A stretch of 64,000 nucleotides of DNA from Epiperipatus broadwayi (lineage: Eukaryota > Animalia > Onychophora). The notes below the pieces were generated by a model. It saw only the letters and a program-made list of their open reading frames with translations, was not told the DNA's origin and made no database searches. Where the stretch lies: NCBI GenBank assembly GCA_028023455.1, contig JAQFVV010000002.1, positions 25,606,001 to 25,670,000 on the forward strand, given 5' to 3'. This document shows positions 39,505 to 52,101 of this stretch, piece by piece. Within the stretch, counting starts at the first letter, position 1. Every line of letters begins with the position of its first letter. The position numbers and the translations under genes are program-made.

Positions 39505-39671
39505 GCTAGAACAAGATCATTCCAAAGAAGCAAGAGATGCCTTGCGCAATCTTGTATTACTTGTATCATCACTGACCATGTGTGGTTACATAGAGTTGAA
39601 ACCCAGCCAGGCTAGCACAGGATCTTTATTTCAGATTCCTGGATTTTCTTTACCCCAGCCATCAGGAAGAG
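39505..39671 (+). CDS. WDFY3: WDFY3 coding exon
   Basis: tcAG acceptor; weak GTTGTG donor fixed by phase of the next exon. LEQDHSKEARDALRNLVLLVSSLTMCGYIELKPSQASTGSLFQIPGFSLPQPSGR(G). Confidence 0.93.
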
Positions 39672-40053
39672 GTTGTGTACTATTTAAAATTATTGAATTA
39701 ACTTTTTTTTTTTTACTTTTGCGAAATACTTTTAAATATTCTTGCATTAAAATTTTAATTAATATATGTATTTTATGTGTAGCTCAGAAAAATGATTAGA
39801 TAGTGTAAAGAAGTATTAAACAAATTCAATTTTATATCAATTAAACTGTCTAATTATATTGTAAGAATTTTTCACATTAATATAAATACTTATTGCATTT
39901 ATATTTGAAATTGTTGCTCTATGCAAAAAATATTCTACATTAACATACAAAATAATTACAAAATCAATTTGTAAAGTTGTAATTATTTATTACGCGCACA
40001 GGAAGTATATGTAAATACTTTTAAGACAAGCCATAATCTGTATCAAATGTGTC

Positions 40054-40459
40054 TTGAAATTTATAATAGTCAAGCAATATCTTTATTTTGCCGATAGAGG
40101 GACCTCTCAAACCATGACACAAGATAGTGACTTTTATAAAGATAAGAGCAACCGCCTTATCTTTAATCTAAATTTCCACTTATATAGGCCAATCTGAAGT
40201 ATCTTGATTAGGGAGCGTGAAGATAAGACGGCCGCTCTTATCTTTCGACACAAGATGGTGACTTTTATAAAGATAAAAGTGTCCATCTTATCTTCACGCT
40301 CCCTAATCAAGATACTTCAGATTGGCCTATATAAGTGGAAATTTAGGTTAAAGATAAAAGGGTCGCTCTTATCTTTATAAAAGTCACTATCTTGTGTCAT
40401 GGTTTGAGAGGTCCCTCTATCGGCAAAATAAAGATATTGCTTGACTATTATAAAATCAA
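40054..40459. repeat. Fold-back element, about 175-bp near-perfect arms
   Basis: 40054-40228 / 40286-40459; the 57-nt loop holds a direct partial copy of the left arm (gacacaagat.gtgacttttataa). Confidence 0.9.
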
Positions 40460-41129
40460 TTTATATAAATTTGTAGTGTTTTTGCTTCATTATTTCTATA
40501 AAAATTATTAGCATTATAATTACTTGAAATAGTCTTTAAATTTATCTGATTATGTTATTATGAACGAAATATCAGTGTAGCATCACATGGATTTATCATA
40601 TGACTCCATCTTACTCAATGATGTTTCAGCAGCATATTCATTGATGAAAGTCATTATCTTGAAATTTGTTTGGGGATATTGAGTAGAACACCATTGGATA
40701 ATGATTCACTAAATCCTATCATATACATCTGTCAATTACTAAAGCTTACAGCATGTGGCATAGCTGTGGTAAAAAAAAGTATGTTGCTGAAATATCAATA
40801 TTCTAAAAGTAAGTACAGATTGAAGATATTTCATTTAACAATATAGAATATGGTTTAATTCATAAATTTGATAAATAAAACCTACTGTAGAAATGATTAT
40901 TATGTCACATTTTAAAATGTTTCTATTAATGTAATAGATTTTCTCATGTCAAACATTTTCATAATAGGCTTTTTAATAATGTGTATTTTAATTGAAAACT
41001 CCACTATAAAATATGCAATTTATATCAGCTTTGTATTTCTGTGTCCATATGATAACACTTTGAATTTATTATCTCGTTTTGGAATTAAAAAATGAATTCA
41101 TTGAAAATAATTAAAAAATATAAAGGTTT

Positions 41130-42650
41130 AATTTATTTATGGTACCGGTCACTTCTATCTTCTTTTGATCACCAAGGGCACCACTAGGTCACTAACTACC
41201 TAGGAAATTTAATTTACCCAGGGAGAGAAAGAGATCTTTAACATTGTTCAGACAATTGAGAAAAGAACACAAAGACAAACATTAGCCAAAATATTTATAA
41301 ATAATTTTAAAATATATTAAGTCTAAAATATTTGTCAAACATAGTAAGAAGTTTGACCTAAATTCCTCCACCTGATTTATCAGAGAGTGTATGAGAGTAT
41401 TGTAACATTAAACATCCAGGCAGATGAGTTTGTTTTCTCACCTAAGAATTAAAAGGGATTTATAATGTCTTCCTGCTAGCGATTTATATAAACAAATCCC
41501 AGTGTTTCTTTATTTAGAGATTTCAAAAGAGAATGAGCTTGCACGGAAGTTGATGAACAGCACAGGCAAGTTTTTTTTAGCCCAATAAAGAAACATCGGG
41601 ACATAAGGATATCAAATGCCTGCAAATCCTCCAGGAAAAGGCCACGCTCAAGACCACAGTTGACTCCGATAATAGAACAAGAAAAGATTACGATTTTATA
41701 TAATCTTAAATAGAAGAAAGCAAAATCTCCGATTTAGGCAAAACAGAACAATACACTCAATAAATCGCTAACCAAAAGATTTATGGTCCACAGAAAATGT
41801 AAACCAGGATTATCTAAATTAATTATGATGAAAAAATAAAGGACAGGTAAGTTAAAAAGAAAATTACTAATATCTGCCCAAACATTTATCAAGGGTTAGT
41901 AATACAAACAGAGAAAAACACTAAGCATATAAAATATAAATTCGCAATACACTCCCGGATAAATAAATTTAAAATATGAAATCTTAAAATTAAGACTTCA
42001 ATACATGTACTAATAAGACAAATGCATAATAAAGTAATTAGTGATATTTAAATGAATATGCAAAATGTATTATAGAGACAGGTTTCTTTTTAGATTAAGC
42101 TGAGACCTTAACATAGAGATTTAAACAAGAGATTTAAGTCCTGGTTTCAATATACGAAAGTTCATTTACCTTTCAGGCTTTGAATTGTCTGTAGTTATTT
42201 CAGCGGGGTGCGCAAGATTCTTTCTTACTCGAGTACATCACGATATTTGGTCTCCAGTAATCTAGCTGTTATGTCCGAGGCAATTTTTAGGATCAGTGTT
42301 TAAGCTAGACAATTAGGTCATGTTCTTGAAGGCACAATTATCGACCTCTGGGGTTCATCTTTGGGTTGATTTAACACTGCGTAATTGTTAAGATTTATCA
42401 TGGCATGTAATTTTGGCATGGCGAATGTATGATCACTACTAACATGGCAAGTAGTAAATATTATTAACGGTCTGCAGAAATCTAACTTCAGCGATCCACA
42501 TTGAGCATCTATCAAATATAAATATTAGAATCACTCCGAATAAGGATCACAACAAGAATCCAAATAAGAATAAGAAGTAGAATAATAAATCAGTCAAAAA
42601 CCCGGGGCTATTTATGTGAATTGTTATCTCCCACCTAATCTTTAATTAAA
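41130..42650 (-). mobile_element. Possible DIRS-like (tyrosine-recombinase) retrotransposon remnant
   Basis: Minus strand across frames gives DVSLLG*, INFR, YINR*Q, HLPG in the order of the DIRS RNase H motifs DAS..GWG, HIN.LE, YIN.QG, H.PG. GC content is higher than the flanks. Confidence 0.5.
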
Positions 42651-44187
42651 AGTTTTGACTAGGATAAATCTCTATCTCATGCTTAATCTTAATTTAAAAA
42701 AAAAAAAAAAATCCAAACAGGGTTTTTATCTACTTTCAAACATTAATTAAATTTAAGTAAATGAGAAAATAAGTATCAGCTTTTAAAATAAATTACAATC
42801 AACAAAATAAAGAGAAACTTGATCACAATCAAAACTTATTTTTAAATTAGAATTCTTTTTCAAGTAGATTAAAACTTTGCTTGCTTTTATTTACTGTAAT
42901 GAAAAAAAAACAAGCATCAAAAGAAAATTATTCTAAACTAAAATCTATTGAAAAAGTAATATCACAGAAATTTAAAATATAAATGAGTATGTGCGTTATT
43001 GCAAGTTCTTTTAATACATAAAAAAAATAATAACCTAGAAAACTTTTAAATACAGTTTTCTTTTAAAAACTTTATAAATATAAATATAAGTTTTAATTTC
43101 GTGATGGTTGCCTTTGAAACGGATAAATCATCCAGTTCAATATATATATTTTATAATTTACTGATGTAAATCTGTATCTGATTATTAATAGTAATACCAA
43201 AAAATGAGTAACCTGCAGTTCATATATTTAAATTTAGTAAGTCTAAACATTATGTGAATAATTAATAACTGTAGTCTTAGATTATTAGTACAGCTTAATC
43301 ACTCCTGTGGCAATGATTCTAATGTTCAAAATTTTCAATTTGGCAATCATAATATAAGAGTTATCTCTTGAGTGGTGGTTAATTTATCTCTAATTGCTGT
43401 TCATCAGTGAACATATTGTAGTTCTTCTGGATGCTAACTTAATACCAATATATATCTCTATTCTTTTCAAATTTTCATAATAAATTCTTCAAAATTTGTT
43501 GTATTTTTATTGACAACATACTGTTTAATGACATTACATACTTTTTAGTGAAGTGACCACATTTTGAATCGGCATCCTTACCTTCAACACCTTTTACATT
43601 CATTTTACATTCATCTTCATATTTCTATAAGCTATCTTAATATTATCATTCATTATTTCTTGGTTGCCTTGAAGTTAGAATTTAGTTACCACTTGGTACC
43701 GACTCTTTTCATATTTTACACAAATATGGTAGTTTATTAATAAAAATGATTAAAAATTTTTGATATTGTATAAAACTGGTAAGTTTTTCACCTCATGAAA
43801 TATATCACATAGAAACTCTATAGATTAACATGGTCTTTGAGAACACAGCCATTATGATATGCATGTTTTATATCATAAAAATTAAAAAGGTAATACACTG
43901 ATTTAATTTTATTCAAAATTCCTATAATTGATTCACATCTGTTTCAAGGATGTGTTTAGTTGTGATAGTCTTGATGAAAAGAATTTTGTTCAAGTTTCAC
44001 TACTACCTGAAATGTTAACTAATAAATATAGTCAGTAATTTGTATAATATTAACAGTGCATTAATAATTTTTTTTGAGACAAAAATTTAACCAAGACCTG
44101 ACATTTAAGGCAAAAATGGATGATAGTGATAAGAATATATATATATGATATAAAAATAAAATGTTCGTTAATTAAAATAAAATTGTA

Positions 44188-44392
44188 ATTACAATAAAAA
44201 TAATAATAATAACGTTAACAAACTATTATAAACAATCCTTAAATTCGCAGAAGTACTTTCGGTTAATTTCTTGAACCTGCCTCAACTACCATTGAGGCAG
44301 GTTCAAGAAATTAACCGAAAGTACTTCTGTGAATTTAAGGATTGTTTATAATAGTTTGTTACCGCTATTATTATTACTATTTTTATTGTAAT
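44188..44392. mobile_element. Fold-back element, about 100-bp arms, 6-nt loop, hammerhead 3' half
   Basis: 44188-44285 / 44292-44392; right arm has GGTT...AACC-GAAA-GTACT-T (stem III palindrome AGTACT, as in family A). Confidence 0.88.
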
Positions 44393-45303
44393 ATATATAT
44401 ATGATTCAATCATCATAAACAATTTTTATTCTGGTTATCAGTAAATGAAACTTTATTAGTATTTGTCTTCTTAAATCCCTTCCTATCCAAACTTTTGTCA
44501 ATCCTAGCTTATTCCTGAATGTAATCCATTTCCAACTCTAAATGGTCAATATTATAAGTATTAAATACATTCATATATGTTTTGTATTTGTAGAAGATTA
44601 AAATAATTTATGACAAATTAGTTTTAATTTGTGATTTAGGTCAGTGATATCAAACATGCTATCCTTGATTCTCATACAGCCTGAAAAATTCTAAAATGTT
44701 GTTCATAGACAGAAACTTGAAATTTATTTTATTAAAATGATAGAATATAGTTTCAACATATAAAGAAATATTTTTAAAACATTACTATACAGAAAAAGAA
44801 TCAGAATTAAAACCAATTCTTTTTTTATGTTGCACTTCAAGTATACAATAGTCAATAATATGTTTAAAAATACATATTTACAAGCAACAAAGATTACAAA
44901 TTATAAAATTATCATAGGAAAGCCTTTTTCAGCAAATTATGTTTTTTACCCTTTTCAGTATATCTCCAGAATACCACGATTTAAAGTACATACAGCGACA
45001 TCTATATCAATACTTGAGAGAAGACAGATAAACAAATGGATATCTGACATGATCTATTACATGATTTTTTTTCAAACCTACTACAAAATTACTTTGTTAT
45101 ATATATAATAAATTATTTTTCTCTTCACTAGTAAAATTGTAATTATAAGTATGCGACTTTTTTTCCGCATTAAATAGTGAAGCTATAATTTTACTCTAAT
45201 TTATAATAGCTTTGCTAATCGCTTTCGAGATTTCATGTTTGAATCTCATACTCGTAGCTTTGTAACTAACGATTGTTGTGATTATGCAAATGCATTTGAA
45301 TTT

Positions 45304-45954
45304 TTAATTAGTCCATTGTTTAGAGAGAGCAAAACATGCCTCTCTTCTATTAATGGCATTGATGTCATTTGCTATATAGAAAGCTTCTTTAACTTTTCTT
45401 TTGGCGTCATTTTTTTCTGTACAAATTATTTGGGCAGAACTAGGTTCAAATACATGGCCTGTAGCTGCTTGGTGGTCCCAGAATACTGAAGATCCTTCAT
45501 TTTTATTTTTGACCCTATTGTAGACATACCTATGTTGATAATTTTTTGTGTTCAGGTTAGCCTGAGTCTCACCATAATATGATGCATGGCAGCCTAATTG
45601 AGGGCATGCCATTTTATAGACCACATGAGGGGCTTGATCTTTATCTGTTTTATCTTTAGCATTATTTATCAGCTGGTTAGTATTAGGAGGTATTCTGAAG
45701 CTAAATTTAAAATTGTTAGCCAATGTTTTTGCAATATTTGGTGTTACATTAGGTACAAAAGGAATTGTTAGGTATTTCATATTGTCTTTAGGCAATTTAT
45801 TTCTTAGTTTTCTATAAAATATTTTTATTTTCTGATTGACTGTATTAGGTTTGAAGCCTATGTTAGTCATTTCCTTTGTATATTTGTCTATATTATTTTT
45901 TCTATCCGCTATATATTTACATAATTGGTGATTTCTAAAAAGGAACGCATTCAT
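45304..45954 (-). mobile_element. Penelope-like element fragment: RT thumb/linker plus GIY-YIG endonuclease
   Basis: Open 216-aa frame: YLTIPFVP, VVYKMACPQLGCHASYYGET, FWDH..TGH, RKVKEAFYI..INR; the CCHH pattern of PLE GIY-YIG domains. Confidence 0.9.
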
Positions 45955-46047
45955 ACCTGCCCATTTATATGTGTTGGGGTGTTAGATTTTGGACTTGTGT
46001 AACCTTGTATATATTAATTAATTAACTATCCATTCTTTATCCATTAA

Positions 46048-46298
46048 CTACTTCAACTTAATGGATGTTTTGTATATATTTATACAGTTGTTTTTATTAT
46101 ACATGATATAGTTTGTTTCATATATTTTACATCTATTAACATTTTTAATATAATCTAGAACACTTATATTATCAATACAATTTATTTTATGTCTGTACTG
46201 CAAATAATGAACATATAACGCAGATCTATCATCTTTCCTAGCAATAGCATAATTGTGTTCTTTAGCTCTTTCTTCCAATTGCTTTGCTGTCTGGCCAT
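46048..46298 (-). mobile_element. Second Penelope-like GIY-YIG fragment (different family)
   Basis: YGQTAKQLEERAKEH..AI..D.RSALYVHYLQYRHKI...VLD..N.RCKIYETNYI...N. Confidence 0.8.
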
Positions 46299-47454
46299 AG
46301 ATATATTGAAAAGGGCAAAAAACATAATTTGCCAGAAAAGGCTTTTTTATGATAATTTTATAATTTGTAATCTTTGTTGCTTGTATATATGTATTTTTAA
46401 ACATATTATTGATTATTTTAAAACATTGTATATTATGTAAGTATACTGTAAAAAATACTCTTTTACACTTACTGATATATTCTTGATGTTAACAAACTAA
46501 CCATATGATTTATTATACATACAGTGAAATATATATTTTGCATGTTATGCTACTAAAACTATACTTGACTGCTCAGTTAAATATTATTGTTTTTAGTCAG
46601 CCTGGACAGCATTTTAATAGATTAATGTTTTTAATTTTGATTAACAAGACTTAGATATTTGAGAAATTCAGAAAAGATATTCCTAAGTAAAAGTTATATA
46701 AAAGCGCATATACTATATTATAATCCATATATATATAATTTTTATTTTATGGGAAATAAAAAATTAAATTGCCACATTCTAAAAGTATTGGTATACTAAA
46801 GAAATCTGCATATAATAAATATATAGAAAAAATGAGGGAAGATAAGTCTGATTTGTCAACAGGTAAAGATGGTGCCATAAAAATCAGAAATTCTACTTAT
46901 GATTCAAATGGTGAAATAAAGAATCTATTTTAGTGAAATTAAGCTTGATGCCAAATTTCAAAATAATATACAAAAATTAAGGGAAGTAGTTTGAATCTGT
47001 GTCACTACGAATATATTCAACTTTAGAAACAATAGAAGTTATTATTTAGAAAAATAACAAGAAAATTTTATGGCATTTCAAAAAAAGTCCTTTTACATAT
47101 ACAATAATTCTGCAATATTTAATGAAACAAATCTTATCATAGAAAAAATTCAGATAATCAGTAGTAATAGCACACATATTTAAAGTATGTTATGATCTAA
47201 AGCAATGGTGTTAGACTCGTACGTGAACACAGGCCACCAAATTCAGTTTAACCCGTAAAGGCTACAATGTGATTTTATAACACAAACACTACAATTAGTA
47301 ATTGATACTGCTTCTAAGAAAATAATTATTTTATGATAGAATTATGGTTCCAAAATTGATTTTTTTTTTTTAAATAAGCATTTTTTACAATAAGTATTAT
47401 AATTAGCGAGAGTAGCAACTTTTCTTATGCAATTATAAATTCATCGTTAGGGCA

Positions 47455-48075
47455 CTTAGAAGCTATTGTAAGAAAAGCTTATCATAAATGCATTTTGAAT
47501 CAATCTTAGTGCATTTGAGGACAACTTATGGCCTCATATTCATAGCAATGAGATTTACATGTGTGTGTGTACATACTCCTCTGACAATAAATAGACTCAT
47601 ATACAATTCAAAAGATAAACTCCCTACTGAACAAACTCCTCACATTGTATAGAAGATAGCATGCCTCCAATCTGGATGCAAAGCTATTTACTACCATGTA
47701 TCACATGTCAGCTTAGCCACAAGGCTTTTTTCAACACAAATATCTCTATAAAAGAGCTATAAACAACTCATGAATGAGTCTATTTTCCTTAATCACCAAA
47801 ACATAATATTGCTTGCATCAAGAGATATAATGTCATGTGCAAGATCAAAAGTATGGCATATAGCCAACAATCCCCACTCCATAAATAAGAAGAAATCTTG
47901 CCCCTCCAAAAAAATGGGCCATATAATTTGAATACATTTGAATAAACTTTTCGCATATAAATATACACTCACCCACCAATATTGCTATGAATATGAGACT
48001 ATAAGTAATCCTCAAAAGTACTAAATTTTTTCATAATGCATTTATGATAAGCTTTTCTTATAATAGTGTCTAAGC
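47455..48075. repeat. About 35-40-bp inverted repeats around a 540-bp unclassified interior
   Basis: ctattgtaagaaaagcttatcataaatgcatt (47463-47494) / aatgcatttatgataagcttttcttataatag (48035-48066). Confidence 0.6.
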
Positions 48076-48244
48076 ATTGGAAAGTTGACTAAGTATTATA
48101 TTTGTACCATAGATGCAAAAAGTGGAGCTTCTAACTGGGATCAATGCTTTTTTTAGACAAATTATGATCATTTATTGTAATGAAATAAATGAGATTTATT
48201 TATTATAAGCAGTATTTACAATAAGTATTATCTTTTATTCCAAT

Positions 48245-48375
48245 GTGTAAGCTTGTGGTTAAGACCTGTAGAGGTCCCTACCTTCACATTTTCAACCGCA
48301 CATGCTTTAGGTTTATTGCCTTAGTAAATATTACTTACGTAATCAATGTGCGTTAAATACATTTATAATTATAAC
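48245..48375 (+). repeat. 3' fragment of the 346-bp unit
   Basis: tgtaagcttgtggttaagacctgtagaggtcccta...agtaaatattacttacgtaatcaatgtgcg...atttataatta. Confidence 0.85.
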
Positions 48376-51129
48376 CATAGATTGTAAATAATGAAGAAAT
48401 AAAATTGCTTTTGTTTATATCACTTCTAATTGGGAAGTGTTGATTACTTTTTTAAATAAAATTACAATTATTATCATAATGAAATAAATTTGATTTTATT
48501 TATTACATATATTATTTACACTAAGTAATATAATATTTATATAAAATATATTGAAACAGTTGTGTCTCATGTCATACAACAACATAATAGTGTGTGTGCA
48601 TGTATATATATAAAATTGAAAGGAAAAGTAGAAATAAACACAGACAAAAAAATTTGTAGATATTTTCTATATTTCACTGGAATAACAATTAAGAATTAAA
48701 TAATTTTGGAATTAAATTTTTTTTATTATAAATTAAATATTTAAAAAGGTTTATTTAATATTTTATTAATTCTGATTTTGAAATTAAAATGTTTTTATGT
48801 TACAATAGATATACTGGTAATTATAAAATTACACTATTTATTTTGATTAAATTAATTTCTTTAATTAAAGCTTGTATAACATATTTTGATACTACAAAGT
48901 TGTTTTTGAAAGGATTAATGTAAACTGAAAAGAGTCGTTAACTTTTTTCAATCAAGATAAAGAAAACTTCCTTTTAGTCACTGTGATTTTTTAAAATCCT
49001 GACTATAAAAAAAGTTGGAAAAGAAGATTAAAGATAGTTTTTTAGTTTTACAGATTATGACAGATATGATGACTATGAAATTATAACTGAAGGCAAGACA
49101 GTGCAAGCTCAGCTGCTGCTATTAGTTCACAATGGTAGAGTTTGAGTTCACATGGAAGAAATACTCAGATTTTTATGTGGTTTATATATGTGTATTAGAC
49201 AGAATTAAGACTGAAGGGAGCTCTGCAGACCAATAGTTATCAGATTGTCCCTTTCCTGAAGATGACTAAACCAGATGAACTGTTTAGAAGAGACCCGCTT
49301 ACCCAGAGAGTCTATCATTTTGCTGAAGAATTAATTTATATGTATACTATTTTATCTATATGCAGAGAAGCACAAATAAAGGTACTGCATCATATATATA
49401 TATAAAGTGCAGCTGGTCAGTTATTTTAAATAATTTCTTTAATGAAAATAACAGTTGTAATTTTTAAATTACAATTTTTTTAAAGGAAATAACTTTGTTC
49501 AACAAAAAGTAAGATGTGCTTCCAATATATTTTATTAAAAAAGGAAAACTCCAAAAATCGTTCTAGATTGGAAAACAAAAGAACTTGCTGGAATATTTTT
49601 TAAAATGTTTATAATTAAAAAGAGATAAGAATTTTCCAAACTAAATCTCATAATTTTTTTTTACCATTAGAAATAATGAATGATTTAATAACTTTGATTC
49701 ATACTATTTTTTTTTATATATGTACACATACATATGTGAATTTTATGTATATTTTCAACATGGAATTAATTGTGAAAAATATATTTTTAATAAGTTTATT
49801 ATTTTGACAAATTCATATATATATGATATAAACATTTCCATGTGTACACACACACACATATATATATATGTGAAAACAGTCATTATTTATGAATTATTAA
49901 AATGTGATAGCTTATTATTATTATTATATGACAATTCCCATATGTTACAGCATGTCTGTGGGCTTATATAGATGCATTTCAGGTTGACACATGTTAAAAA
50001 CAATCATTTATTATTAGTTTATGTCAATTCAGATATGTTAATTTTATATTATACAGGCTCATCTAGGTGTTTTATGTAAATCTATTGGCACATATAAGTA
50101 AATTACAATATATTAGTGGATTTGTTTTGGTATTAATCAAAATCAGAAGGCTTAATTTATATGTATAGCCATATTCTGCTGATCATAATTTTATTTTCAT
50201 TTAATTGTTATTAATAAATTTATATTTCATTGTTTAAATTATCCAAGTGACTTTATTTAATCCTAAAATATTATAAATTATTATATGTTGTATTATAACT
50301 CTTGATCACAGTAATAATTGTAGAGTTTTTGTTCTCCGAGCTGGATTCATGCATAATGGTCTGTTATATAAAAGGGTTTTATATTTAGTGTTTGTAGACA
50401 TCGAGTTGATTATGAGTTCACAAAGGGGATATTCTTTAAAGTTCATGCATTGCATTTCATTTTAATTATTTATTTAGAAATTAAGTTTATAGTTGGCCAC
50501 TACATTAATGATACTAAGTGGCCAGAGCAGTGATGATGATCAGCATGTTTTATTATCCCAGCATTATTTTTTTAATTGTTACATTCTTATGGATTAGCGC
50601 TTGAGATTGTGCATCCAAATTTATTATTTATATAATCTGCCTTAAGTTTGGCATGGGCTAAATAATTAGCTTGATCTATAATGTACCATTTTTAAATCCA
50701 GTCACAAGATTGACTGATGATATATATATTTATTGTAGATTTTATTTTTGATCATTCATGATGATGAATGATTATTACTTGTCTGTAATGCTGGGTGAAC
50801 TTATAGTTCTGTCCTGATCTATGCTCTCTCATGCTTATTCCTTTCATTATATCATGCTCTTGATATTCATTTGTATTTAATTTTATATTTAAATTTTGTC
50901 ATTGACCTGGGGTTGATGATGAGTACCATCGCCCCGAGTTCATACTGTTATAATATGTATATAACTATATATTGCAAATAATGTAGAAATAAAATTGCTT
51001 TTATTTATATTGTTCCTAACTGGGATGTATTGATTGCTTTCTTTTAATAAAATTATTGGTTATTATAATGAAATAAATTTGATTTTTTTATTGTAAGCAT
51101 TAAGACAATGGGGAAAATAAAATCTCAAA

Positions 51130-51420
51130 ATGCAAAAAATGGAAATGATGCAGCACCCTGAGCTTTTGGTTATATTGTTTTATTGAACATGTACATGTCC
51201 AATATATTAGCTGTCTTGCCTCTATTTGTCCTTATGTCACTTGCAGTTTGCATATGTTTGGCTACTAATTTTAATTTGCAGATCATATCTAATGCTTCAT
51301 ATCTACAGATTTATTTGTTGCTGTGTTATTTTGTTTTGAAGGGGAATTATTTATGGCAAATTTTTCAGATTGTCTACATTTTATTTCTTATCAAAATGTT
51401 TTGATTGTTTAAAATCAACA
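51130..51420 (-). mobile_element. Short degenerate RTE-like RT C-terminal fragment
   Basis: Minus strand IEARQLIYWTC resembles IE.RQL.W.GH. Confidence 0.4.
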
Positions 51421-51489
51421 AAATATCACATGACAGCTTACTCAGTGTAGTTTCAGCAGAATATTTTTTTCTTTCACCATAGTTATGCC

Positions 51490-51535
51490 ACTTACTGATG
51501 AAAGCCATTATAACTTGAAACTAGTCAGGGATATT
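51490..51535 (+). ncRNA. Type I hammerhead-like motif (family D fragment, to about 51590) in the sense strand of a WDFY3 intron
   Basis: CTGATGA(51495-501)-AAG-ccattataa-CTT-GAAA-CTAGT-C(51526): full core, ACTAGT palindrome, GUC triplet; stem I weak. Confidence 0.7.
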
Positions 51536-51784
51536 GGATAGGGCAGCACTAGATAGGGATTTATTAAGAACTATCATCTGCTGCATTTACCAATTACTAA
51601 AGCTTTTTAATAAGTGGCATAGTTGTGTTGAAAGAGAAAAAGTATTATGATTGTTCTTATACAAAACATATTATTCTTTTGGAATTTTGCTTTTATAATA
51701 CATGTAATAGTATTATTATTAACATAATATTTTGTGGATTTTTAAAATTTTATATTTTCAAACTTTTTTTTTCCAATCCCTCAG

Positions 51785-51840
51785 GAGTTAGTGTGCGAAA
51801 TATCCAAGCATTCCAAGTTTTACAGTCAGTCTTTTTAAAG
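51785..51840 (+). CDS. WDFY3: WDFY3 coding exon (56 nt)
   Basis: cctcAG acceptor, GTAATT donor. (G)VSVRNIQAFQVLQSVFLK. Confidence 0.93.
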
Positions 51841-51954
51841 GTAATTATATATATTTGAAATATTAAATGTAGTTAAGATAAAAAAAAGTTTATAAAAACT
51901 TATGTGTCCCCCCCCCCCAATAAGATGAAATAAGCTGTTTTTCCCATGTTCTAG

Positions 51955-52101
51955 GCTTCCTCAACTCATTTATGTAACACCATCCTTGATGCAATTAGTA
52001 GTGTGTATCATTCGGATAATGTCAATTACTTCATATTGGAACCTCAACATACTCTCTCACAGTTTGCCGAAAAAATTTATACAAAGCCTCCAGAGTTGCA
52101 G
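51955..52101 (+). CDS. WDFY3: WDFY3 coding exon (after 114-nt intron)
   Basis: ctAG acceptor, GTAGAT donor. ASSTHLCNTILDAISSVYHSDNVNYFILEPQHTLSQFAEKIYTKPPELQ. Confidence 0.96.

Larger units (their letters stand above)
44852..46412. repeat. 114-bp inverted repeats enclosing the two PLE fragments
   Basis: 44852-44965 is the reverse complement of 46299-46412 with roughly 8 mismatches. Confidence 0.85.

Noticed and set aside
47500-48030. Possible transposase coding remnant between the 47.5/48.0-kb inverted repeats
   Set aside because: No motif could be read in any frame.
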